Shown: in pieces, positions 1 through 7,924 of the stretch
Numbering within the stretch: position 1 is the stretch's first letter
Layout: the number at the start of each line of letters is the position of its first letter
Origin: a virus
IMG/VR virus record: IMGVR_UViG_3300049434_000028
Coordinates: 38,798 to 102,797 of that record
Length of the DNA: 64,000 nucleotides
Reading direction: 5' to 3' (one strand)
The notes under the pieces: generated by a model
What the model saw: only the letters and a program-made list of their open reading frames with translations
Database searches by the model: none
What the model was told of the DNA's origin: nothing
Position numbers and translations under genes: made by a program

Positions 1-2071
1 GCGCCCAACCGATCGCAGCGGTCCCGTACTTGGACGGCACGCCCAACGCCATGCGTACGTCCATGAGGCACTTGTTGTGCCAGTTGGACGCGCCACTGCG
101 GGATTGCCGCTGCATCCACGAGAGCGCGGCTGCACCTCGACCCGTAGCCGACCCACTGTTCGAGCCCGTCAGCTTCCCCAGGGCACTGACGACCGCACTC
201 CCGGAATTCCCTACGGCACCGACCTTTCCTACCTTCGACCCGGACCCCCCGCCCGGCGCCGCCATGTCGCCTACGCCGCCAAGAATGTCCTGCAGAGCGC
301 TGTTTCCAGGGTCGCCAGGCGTGTTCGGTGTAGCGACCCGGTCCAAGCCCGCGGTTACCGCGTCGATCTCCTCCACCGATCCCGTGCCACCGCCACCACC
401 GGGACCGCCGTGCTCACCACCGAAGAATCCAAGAGCGCCGCCTACCAAGGCGCCGACGCCGCCGCCGATCGCGGTACCGATCCCAGGAGCGATCATCGTG
501 CCGATCATTGCCCCCGTACCGCCCATCTGGGCAGCACCAGTGACTACTCCACCGACCTTGTTCCTCGTCGCACTGCTGCCATCACCTGAGATCAGGCCGC
601 CAGCAAGCGAACCGCCGAGGGCCGCCGCCGCGCCGATGCCAACGCCCTTCACCCGCGGAGACATCCCTATACGTGGGCGCGGCCCACCACCAGGTCCCCC
701 GCCCGCGCCTCCTGCTCGGCCACCCATGATCCGGTTCATCGCGTACATGCCCGCGATACCGCCACCAAAGTTGCTCGCAGCACTCACTGCGCCCATGAGC
801 GGTCCGGCCGCAGCCGCACCTGTGCCCATCACGCCGCCGAGGATCCCGCCCCCCGCGCCGAGCGCGGTGTTGAGGTTCCGGAACGCCGAGGCGGCTGCGT
901 CGACCTGCCGTCGGAGCTGAGGGAGCGCGCTGTCGGCCAGCTCCTGCTCAACCCCTGCCTTTGCCTGCGCCTTGCGCCGATCGGCGTCGAATACCGTGTC
1001 TCCGATCTGGCTCGCGCCCCCGCCTGTCTTGGACAGGGTGCTCGTCATCTTGCTCGAACTCGCACCACCCATCTTGCTGGCGGTCTCCCCGTAGCTGTAG
1101 ATGAACTCCTGCGTGGATGCGTCGAGCCCGAGACTGCTCATCGTTGCGCGCATGTTGGAGCCCTCAGCGCGGCCCTCGTTCAACGCCTGAGCCGACGGCA
1201 TCTTCCCGCCGTAGATCTTCTTCAGGAGCTGCTCGGCGATCTGCTCAGGAGTCTGCTTCACCCCCCCACTGCCGATCGTCTTGATGCCCATTGGCATCAG
1301 GTTGTAGTAGGCCTGCGGTGAGTAGAACCCGGTAGCCGCCGCTGCGCCCTGCTCATAGCTGCCGAGCAGGTTGCCAGCTCGTCCAGCGGATGCCTGCAGT
1401 TGCTGCGAAGCGCCGCTCATGCTAAGTCCCTGGCGCTCCCGAATGGTCTGCAGGCCAGCGAACGCGTCGGCCGAGCTGGTGTAGCCGGTCAGCCCACCCT
1501 GGCCAGGACCGCCGAACCAGGAGTGACGCGCCTGGCCCATGACCTGGTTGACGTTCCCCGAGCTGCCCCACGCGGTGAGCTGCGAGAGACGCTCGGCGTT
1601 GACCCAGTTGTCGCGCTTGCTGTTGCCGTACGCAGCCAGCCCGCCGGTAACCGCCCCCGCCACCGCCCACTTCTGCCCCGTGCTCAACGAGAACCGAGAG
1701 TTGCCGCCGTTTGGAAGCGGCCCGCCGTCGTTGTCGCCGCCCGAGCCGCCTTGACCGCCACCGGTCATACCCGAACGACGTGCAGGTGCGGTGGCTGGCC
1801 GCGTGGAGAACGTCGAGTCCCCGCCATTCGCGCTGCCCCCGCCACCCGACCGACGGCCGCCGCCCATGCCCCCGCCGAGCGCGTCGAGCTTCGTGCCGTC
1901 GATCTTCTTCAGCTCAGCGTTGAACTCTTTGACGTTCTTAACGAGCCGTTCCCATTGCTTGTTGAGGTTGTCCAGCGACTTCGTGTCGACCTTGAACCCA
2001 GCCGTCACCGTGCCAGCGCGGCCACCGCTGCTGCCCGCGCCGCGCCCTAGACCTGGCTGGTTCTCGGCCAC
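1..2071 (-). CDS. Tape measure protein (3' end outside window), with a CHAP/NlpC-like Cys peptidase segment at the window edge
   Basis: GTG at 2071 after GAGGGAG; apparently open to the window edge (both ends read in frame); Gly/Ala-rich; follows the tail chaperones; edge reads WHNKCLMDVRMALGVPSKYGTAAIGW. Confidence 0.75.
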   Translation of the reverse strand, partial: MAENQPGLGRGAGSSGGRAGTVTAGFKVDTKSLDNLNKQWERLVKNVKEFNAELKKIDGTKLDALGGGMGGGRRSGGGGSANGGDSTFSTRPATAPARRSGMTGGGQGGSGGDNDGGPLPNGGNSRFSLSTGQKWAVAGAVTGGLAAYGNSKRDNWVNAERLSQLTAWGSSGNVNQVMGQARHSWFGGPGQGGLTGYTSSADAFAGLQTIRERQGLSMSGASQQLQASAGRAGNLLGSYEQGAAAATGFYSPQAYYNLMPMGIKTIGSGGVKQTPEQIAEQLLKKIYGGKMPSAQALNEGRAEGSNMRATMSSLGLDASTQEFIYSYGETASKMGGASSSKMTSTLSKTGGGASQIGDTVFDADRRKAQAKAGVEQELADSALPQLRRQVDAAASAFRNLNTALGAGGGILGGVMGTGAAAAGPLMGAVSAASNFGGGIAGMYAMNRIMGGRAGGAGGGPGGGPRPRIGMSPRVKGVGIGAAAALGGSLAGGLISGDGSSATRNKVGGVVTGAAQMGGTGAMIGTMIAPGIGTAIGGGVGALVGGALGFFGGEHGGPGGGGGTGSVEEIDAVTAGLDRVATPNTPGDPGNSALQDILGGVGDMAAPGGGSGSKVGKVGAVGNSGSAVVSALGKLTGSNSGSATGRGAAALSWMQRQSRSGASNWHNKCLMDVRMALGVPSKYGTAAIGWA

Positions 2072-2238
2072 TACGACTCCCTCTTCGTCATCCCTAGACG
2101 CTTAGCCACTACCTCGGTCCAGTACCGACGCTCCCGCACCGTCATCTTCCGAAGCTCCGTCAGATTCCATCCGCTGAAGTACTGCCCGATGTGTCCGTAG
2201 TCGATGAAGACCTGCTGGTAACTGCTAGAAACCGCGAA
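2071..2238 (-). CDS. Tail assembly chaperone C-terminal extension (probable frameshift product)
   Basis: +1 frame reads YQQVFIDYGHIGQYFSGWNLTELRKMTVRERRYW; no start codon before the conserved part; its stop overlaps the tape-measure start. Confidence 0.65.
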   Translation of the reverse strand, partial: FAVSSSYQQVFIDYGHIGQYFSGWNLTELRKMTVRERRYWTEVVAKRLGMTKRES

Positions 2239-3133
2239 ACATGGTCGCCACGTCGATGACGAGCGGGAACTCGCGGTCGCACTCTGGGCACGCCTGCTTC
2301 ACCTCATCCCACAGCGGTCCGGGCTGAGAGTCGGTCAGGAACTGCAGGAGTGCCTGCCGGTCGGCGGTACCCATCGACCGGATCGCCGCCATCGGCACAG
2401 GGTCGCCGTCGATGGTGAGGATGCAGCGCTTCAGCAGCATGGTGTTGATCTCTGCTGCAGTGCGCTGCGAGTTCTCCGCGGTGTACACCGATCGCTGAGT
2501 GCCACCGTTGATCAAGTTGATCTCGACACTGCCGCCCTTGCGCAGCGGGACGAAGTAGGTGTGCCGCGCCGCGTCCAACGTGATGACGTCCCGGCCGTCC
2601 CGCAGCTTGACCACGAGCCCGTCGAGCTGGCGGACCTTGACGTCCTTGGTGAAGCTGTAGTCGACCTGGAACTCGTGCTTGCAGTCCAGCCTAGGGCAGG
2701 TCAGGTCGAGCCGCATGACGTCGCCGTAGGTGGCGATCCGAATCCCCTGCAACAGCATGTCCCGGTCACCGATGAGCAGATCGTCGAGCATCTCCTGCGT
2801 GCACGGATGATCCCCGATCCGCTCGACGCACCGCACCAGCAGGGTGTTGATGAACTTGGTGAAGTCCCGCGTGACCGCGGGCCGCGACAGCTCCTCCTCA
2901 TCCTCCCCGCACAGCTCGCGCACGCGGGCCTCCTTGATGACCCCCCCTTCGCTCAGGTACCCACCCGGCAACGTGACGGTGCCGTCGGGTGGGGCACTGA
3001 TGAGGATCGGCTTGTCGTCCTCGTCCTCTCCTACGCCCATCGCCAGATTCCCGAGCATGTTCGCCATCTCGGGGTTGGTGCCAGGGTCGATCTCTATGCC
3101 GGTTACTAGCCCCTCAAGCTGATCCGCCGTCAC
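2225..3133 (-). CDS. Tail assembly chaperone / T4 gp26-like hub assembly chaperone
   Basis: VRELxGxDEE, LLIGDRD..L..IR..TYG, CxxxxC and CxxC motifs; between tube and tape measure. Confidence 0.75.
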   Translation of the reverse strand: MTADQLEGLVTGIEIDPGTNPEMANMLGNLAMGVGEDEDDKPILISAPPDGTVTLPGGYLSEGGVIKEARVRELCGEDEEELSRPAVTRDFTKFINTLLVRCVERIGDHPCTQEMLDDLLIGDRDMLLQGIRIATYGDVMRLDLTCPRLDCKHEFQVDYSFTKDVKVRQLDGLVVKLRDGRDVITLDAARHTYFVPLRKGGSVEINLINGGTQRSVYTAENSQRTAAEINTMLLKRCILTIDGDPVPMAAIRSMGTADRQALLQFLTDSQPGPLWDEVKQACPECDREFPLVIDVATMFRGF

Positions 3134-3160
3134 TTCTGCTCCTAGTGCTCGTGTCGAGTG

Positions 3161-3739
3161 TTACTTGATCGTCGGTGCGTCTGAGGTGTACGGGTCGGCC
3201 GCGTAGCTCGGCTTCCATCCCTCGTGCTGGATGACCATCTGTTCCATGAGGATGCCGTTGCCACCGGCATCGAGGTCGCTAAAGCTGATGCTGCCCGGCC
3301 AGGCGTTGTAGACCTTGAACCGCAGCTTCACCGGCACCTTGTTGTTCAGGGTGTACGGGTGGGCGAGCACCGAGATGTCGATGTTCGACCGGAAGTCCTT
3401 GCCCTTCTTGGGCGCGTACGAGCCACCGCCCTGGATGACCGAGAAGATCTCGCGCACCCACTCGTACGCATGCGGGGTGTTCACCATGACGCCGCGGGAC
3501 AGCGTGATCGGCGTGAACTCCGACTGCCCCGGCATCTTCTGGGGCGTCAGGTTGTAGCCACCCTGGCGATACGCGATGACCTGCGTCTCGACGTTCAGTC
3601 CGGCACAATTCATGAAGCCCAGCTCAATGAGCTTCCTGTTGCCACCGGCAGTGACGTGGTTGATGTTGACTATGAAGCGGAAGTTGCGCAGCGGATCGGT
3701 CGCGATCGAAGACCGCGAGTCCTTGACTGTCTCTGGCAT
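3161..3739 (-). CDS. Tail tube protein (T4 gp19-like)
   Basis: DPLRNFRF, GF..CAGL, YRQGG, KMPGQSEFTPITLSRG, YNAWP; start MPETV overlaps the sheath stop. Confidence 0.9.
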   Translation of the reverse strand: MPETVKDSRSSIATDPLRNFRFIVNINHVTAGGNRKLIELGFMNCAGLNVETQVIAYRQGGYNLTPQKMPGQSEFTPITLSRGVMVNTPHAYEWVREIFSVIQGGGSYAPKKGKDFRSNIDISVLAHPYTLNNKVPVKLRFKVYNAWPGSISFSDLDAGGNGILMEQMVIQHEGWKPSYAADPYTSDAPTIK

Positions 3740-5286
3740 TAGACCTCCTCGTTGACGGTGGAGCCGGACTCGAACTGACCGATCTTCAAGACGATGAACT
3801 CGGCGGGAGTCTCCAGAGCCACGCCGACCTCGATGTGCACCTCGCCGTTGTTCACAGCGTTCTGCGCGTTGGTGTCCTCGTCGCACTTGACGTAGAACGC
3901 CTCCTCCGCAGTAGTTCCACGAAGAGCGCCGTCCTGCCACAGCTCCAGCAGAACGCGCGAGCAGACATCCTCCAACGAAGCCCAAAGCTGCTCGTCGTTG
4001 GACTCGAACGCTGCGAATCGCGTGGCGTTGGTGAGCGCCATGCGCAGCGCGATCAGCGTGCGCCGAACGCTGACGTACTTGTCGATCTGATTGAGCTTTA
4101 GCGTGCGCGCACCAAAGATGCAGAGCCCGTTGCCGGGGACCGACTTGATGACGTTGACCTTGCCCATGTTGAGGGAGTCCATCTCAGACTCCAACGCCCG
4201 GTACTCTAGGGCCACGACGCCGTTGAGGCGGTTGTTGATCCCCGCCGGAGCCTTGTGCGTCCCGCGCTGGGTATCCGTGGCGACGTACTGCCCGACGACC
4301 GCGCCGCCAGGCGGGATGAGTCGCGTGCTGCCCGGCACCGTGTTGCTCGGGTCGCTGATCGCGAGCTGCGGGTAGTACACCGCTGCGTAGCTGCTGCTTG
4401 TGTACGCCGCCGCGGTGGTGATGAGCTGTGCAGGAGTCTGTGCAACGGCGCAGTCGACGACCAGGAAGCAGGTCCCGCGCGTCTCGCAGAAGGTGATCAT
4501 TGCGTTGACCGTGGCCGTGTCGACAACGCCGGGGATATTGATCGTGAGGAAGTCGTCCACGAGCGCCAGCGTGGCCGCCGCGTTGTACAGCTCGCTACCG
4601 GCTCCGACGGTCGGGGCCGCACCATCCGCACCGGAGGTGAGCACCTCACCGCCAGCCGGGGACACCGCGGGGACGATCGTGCCCGCAACGTAGGTGGCGG
4701 AACTCAGGTTGGTCAGCCTGATGTACACGCTACCGGTGGTGGGGGAGTTCAACAGCGCGGGCGCATACCGCCCATCGGTCGGGTCCATCGACAGGTCGGT
4801 CCAACGCTCAACGATGAACTGGTCGCCGGAGCCACCCAGACGCACCGTCAGATTGAACCGGCCGGGGAGGCTCGACCCCACGTCGGAGATCTCGGTGTAG
4901 ATCACGTTGCCCCAGGCACCAGGGTTCAGCGCATCGACCCGCAACAGCGGCGCCGGGGTGCCCGCACGGTCGTTGTAGGTGCGCGTCGCCACGACCGCAC
5001 CGGCACCGACTGCACGCACGATGTAGGCGGCTTGCCCGCCGTTGTTGTAGTACTGGAACACCGCGTGCGCCAGTGCCTGGTTGGCTCCGGCGAACCCGCC
5101 GTAGAGCTTCACGAACTGGCCCCACGAATTGATCAGCGTCGGCAGGCCGAGGATCGTGCCCGGCTGCACCGGTCCGCGGGTGGATACACCGACGAACGCG
5201 GCGACGGTGATCGCAGGGAAGGAATCGGGCGTGGTCTGGAGGAGGGACTCCTCCACATACACGCCTGGGCGCTTGTATGTCGCCAT
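3739..5286 (-). CDS. Tail sheath protein
   Basis: RPGVYVEE N-terminus, HKAPAG, FGARTL, YVSVRR, AFYVKCD, PAEFIV. Confidence 0.95.
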   Translation of the reverse strand: MATYKRPGVYVEESLLQTTPDSFPAITVAAFVGVSTRGPVQPGTILGLPTLINSWGQFVKLYGGFAGANQALAHAVFQYYNNGGQAAYIVRAVGAGAVVATRTYNDRAGTPAPLLRVDALNPGAWGNVIYTEISDVGSSLPGRFNLTVRLGGSGDQFIVERWTDLSMDPTDGRYAPALLNSPTTGSVYIRLTNLSSATYVAGTIVPAVSPAGGEVLTSGADGAAPTVGAGSELYNAAATLALVDDFLTINIPGVVDTATVNAMITFCETRGTCFLVVDCAVAQTPAQLITTAAAYTSSSYAAVYYPQLAISDPSNTVPGSTRLIPPGGAVVGQYVATDTQRGTHKAPAGINNRLNGVVALEYRALESEMDSLNMGKVNVIKSVPGNGLCIFGARTLKLNQIDKYVSVRRTLIALRMALTNATRFAAFESNDEQLWASLEDVCSRVLLELWQDGALRGTTAEEAFYVKCDEDTNAQNAVNNGEVHIEVGVALETPAEFIVLKIGQFESGSTVNEEV

Positions 5287-5357
5287 CGGGTAGGTCTCCT
5301 AAATCGCGAGGATGAGAACGTGGAGACCGAGTAGTAATCCGAGTGATTGTCCGTCAG

Positions 5358-6047
5358 CTAGAACCCGTGCACCACCAAGGAGCCACTCCCTCGGAACTTC
5401 ACGACGTTCGGGAGTTCGAGCAGGAAATCGAAGATCTCGATCGCGATGTCCGAGGTCGCAATGAAGCGGGACAGCTCGGCCGGGAAGTACTCCGACGACA
5501 TCTGCACCGTCCACGCCTTGCGGAAGATGCGCTTGTTCGGGTCGCCGGGATCCGGCTGATCGGCCGACTGCGGACCGTTGATGAGATCGAGCCGACGGAC
5601 GGAGTGGTCATCGCCTACCTCGTTCGTGCCCACCATGGGGACCGCGCCGAAGCGTTCCACCAACCTGGTGGTCATCATCGACGCCATGATCTGGCGGTCG
5701 TGCTGGACGAAGCGAGCAAAGCTCGTGATCTGGTAGGTGAACAGCAGCGGGATCGGCCACTCGGTCACGGCTCGGTCGTGCAGCACCCGTGTCGGCGGCA
5801 TGTACTCCTCGCCAGCCCTGAAGCGGTAGCTGCCGCGGGTCTCCCGCTCGGGGTCGCGGGCGATGTTGAGCAGGTCGATCGTGATGTAGGGGTACTCCCG
5901 GCGCTGCGCCTCCTGCTCCGGCAGCCGGAAGTAGACCTTGACCTCGCGCCCGACTGCGCCGGAGCTGCCGTCGCGCACCGTCATTCCCTGCAGGTACGAC
6001 TTCAGCGCCGCGTCCTCACGAAGGATCAGGCCGTCGTTGGCGCTCAC
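5358..6047 (-). CDS. Tail terminator / tail-completion protein
   Basis: EDAALK..YPYITIDL..YQITSFAR..HDR; immediately upstream of the sheath. Confidence 0.55.
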   Translation of the reverse strand: MSANDGLILREDAALKSYLQGMTVRDGSSGAVGREVKVYFRLPEQEAQRREYPYITIDLLNIARDPERETRGSYRFRAGEEYMPPTRVLHDRAVTEWPIPLLFTYQITSFARFVQHDRQIMASMMTTRLVERFGAVPMVGTNEVGDDHSVRRLDLINGPQSADQPDPGDPNKRIFRKAWTVQMSSEYFPAELSRFIATSDIAIEIFDFLLELPNVVKFRGSGSLVVHGF

Positions 6048-6412
6048 AATGCCCCCCAGATACGACGCGCGAGCGCGGCGCTGAACTCCTCGTTGTAGTG
6101 CTTCTGGTTGCGGGCCAGGGTGGCGCGCATCCAGCCCTTGGGAGCGCCTACCAGGGTGCCCCACTCCAGGTCGTACGCCTCGCGAGCGCTGAGCCCGGTG
6201 AGCACACCGACCACTGCCTCGCCGCGATCCAGGTACAGCCCGATGTCCGAGCGCGTCTCGTCGCTCATCCCCGCGGCCTTGGCCGCCGCGTCCAGGTCGG
6301 CCAGCAGCGATCCGTGCGCGGCCTCGCCTGCGGCGTCCCAGATGAGCTTGCCGAGATCCACCTTGCGCTTCGCGAACGCCTGCAGCTCCGGCGAGCTGAT
6401 GGAGAACCCCAT
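6044..6412 (-). CDS. Neck/tail-completion protein (HK97 gp10-like)
   Basis: AYDLEWGT motif; AAGGAGG RBS; position. Confidence 0.45.
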   Translation of the reverse strand: MGFSISSPELQAFAKRKVDLGKLIWDAAGEAAHGSLLADLDAAAKAAGMSDETRSDIGLYLDRGEAVVGVLTGLSAREAYDLEWGTLVGAPKGWMRATLARNQKHYNEEFSAALARRIWGAL

Positions 6413-6590
6413 GGCTCGGCAGACCTCCTTGCAAGCGTGCGGCGAAGTGGTGCGGCGTGACATCGACCCGGCGTGTGCGATCGACGTCAAAGCCACGCTA
6501 GCCCGTGCGCACAGCTCCGCGCGAGAGAGGTTCTACGCGAGCTTGTATGTACGCGGGGGCCCGGCTACCCCCAAGTCCGGAGGTAAAATC

Positions 6591-6998
6591 TCAGGCGCGC
6601 TTGCGCGGGTACGCGCGGACGACGGGCTCGCCCTTACGCCAGGCAGCTTCCTTATGCAAGCCAGGCTGCTGACTCGCGAGCTTGCCAACGGCGGCCCTGG
6701 CGTCGGGGGACATGTCGTCACGGTGATGCAGGAAGGGCATGCCGGTCTCCTTGTGCACGCCCTCGTAGAGCGCGGCGGCCACACCCTGACGCCGATGCTC
6801 GGGATCCACGGCAACGTACTCCACGCCGACGTGACCTTTCTGCTCGGGAGTCATGAACCTCTGGCTGCGGTCGAACCGCATCGTGCCGATAACGTCACCG
6901 GTCTCCGGGTGCCGAGCCGTGGCCAGCTCACCGCCCCAGGGGTGCGGGCCCTCCATCGCGACCTGCCACTGCCTACCAAGGTTGTCGGAAGCGCTCAC
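6591..6998 (-). CDS. GNAT-family acetyltransferase with N-terminal DNLGRQW tag
   Basis: VEYVAVDPEHRRQGVAAALY = GNAT motif A. Confidence 0.8.
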   Translation of the reverse strand: MSASDNLGRQWQVAMEGPHPWGGELATARHPETGDVIGTMRFDRSQRFMTPEQKGHVGVEYVAVDPEHRRQGVAAALYEGVHKETGMPFLHHRDDMSPDARAAVGKLASQQPGLHKEAAWRKGEPVVRAYPRKRA

Positions 6999-7306
6999 TT
7001 CCAGCCGAGCTTCCCGGTGAGGAACTCCATGCCGTGCTTCTTGGCCGCCGTCATCGTCTTGAACGGCGGGGGCGTGTACCGGATCTCCTTCGCGGTACCG
7101 TCCGGGCCCTGGTACCTGCCGATCATGTGGAACTCTCCTGGACCCTTACGCGCGACGGACACCTCGTGCGACTTGGGATCCCAGCCATTCGGACCCAGCC
7201 GCCGGTCGGCCCACTCCGGGCTGTCCTTGCCCCACATCGGCTCTTCCTGACGCCAATCGGTGATCTTCGGCTGGAACTGCTCGCCCAGGTGCTCGTCCGC
7301 GCTCAC
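6995..7306 (-). CDS. Hypothetical protein with N-terminal DEHLGEQF tag
   Basis: GTGA overlaps with neighbours on both sides. Confidence 0.6.
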   Translation of the reverse strand: MSADEHLGEQFQPKITDWRQEEPMWGKDSPEWADRRLGPNGWDPKSHEVSVARKGPGEFHMIGRYQGPDGTAKEIRYTPPPFKTMTAAKKHGMEFLTGKLGWK

Positions 7307-7437
7307 GGCGTGCTCGGGCTCTCAATCGCCCGCACGGGCGTCTTGGCCAGGCTGCGCTGGTACAGGACCATGCTGCGGTTGGCCTTGTACACGTCCGGGC
7401 CGAACTGCTGAGGCTGGAGGTTGTCCGCTGCTGCCAT
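7303..7437 (-). CDS. 44-aa peptide MAAADNLQPQQF..., leaderless (not in ORF track)
   Basis: Manual translation; TACGCT 7 nt upstream of the ATG; stop overlaps the next start. Confidence 0.6.
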   Translation of the reverse strand: MAAADNLQPQQFGPDVYKANRSMVLYQRSLAKTPVRAIESPSTP

Positions 7438-7526
7438 GCCGCTCAGCGTAACGGCGCGAAGGCCTGCGGTGGGAGAGTCCCGGCGTTACCCTGCAGGCAC
7501 CGGACCACTACGACACGGAGCACCCC

Positions 7527-7781
7527 ATGAGCCACTACTGCGATGGCAGCTGCACGCACGAGAGCGAGCGCTTCTATAGAGACGCCAACCGCGGGCTGAA
7601 CAGCATCGGCATGCTGCTATGGATCGCCTTCGGACTGTTCTGCTTATGGACGGCATGCGTCACAGGGTCGATGCTCATCGCGCCCGAGCCGGGCGTCAAC
7701 CCGATCAGCTCGCTCATCATCACGCTGTTCTTCGCGTGCATGACCTGGGGCTCATTCCGTGTGGTACTCCGCAGGCGCTGA
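7527..7781 (+). CDS. Small two-TM membrane protein on the opposite strand
   Basis: Two hydrophobic segments; own TACCCT -10 (7487-7492) and GGAG RBS. Confidence 0.6.
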   Translation: MSHYCDGSCTHESERFYRDANRGLNSIGMLLWIAFGLFCLWTACVTGSMLIAPEPGVNPISSLIITLFFACMTWGSFRVVLRRR

Positions 7782-7913
7782 GTCCTCTACTCGCGCCTTC
7801 CCATTCGGCTGCCACGTTGCTGGCGGCTCGTTTCCATTCGCCTCGTTAGGGGCGGTGTCCGGCTCCGGGTGCACGATTGCCAAATCCTCTTCAGTGATCC
7901 TGACCTCGTCCAT
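7752..7913 (-). CDS. Small hypothetical protein (MDEVRITEEDL)
   Basis: AAGGAG RBS just after the tailspike stop. Confidence 0.4.
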   Translation of the reverse strand: MDEVRITEEDLAIVHPEPDTAPNEANGNEPPATWQPNGKARVEDSAPAEYHTE

Positions 7914-7924
7914 CAATACGCTCC

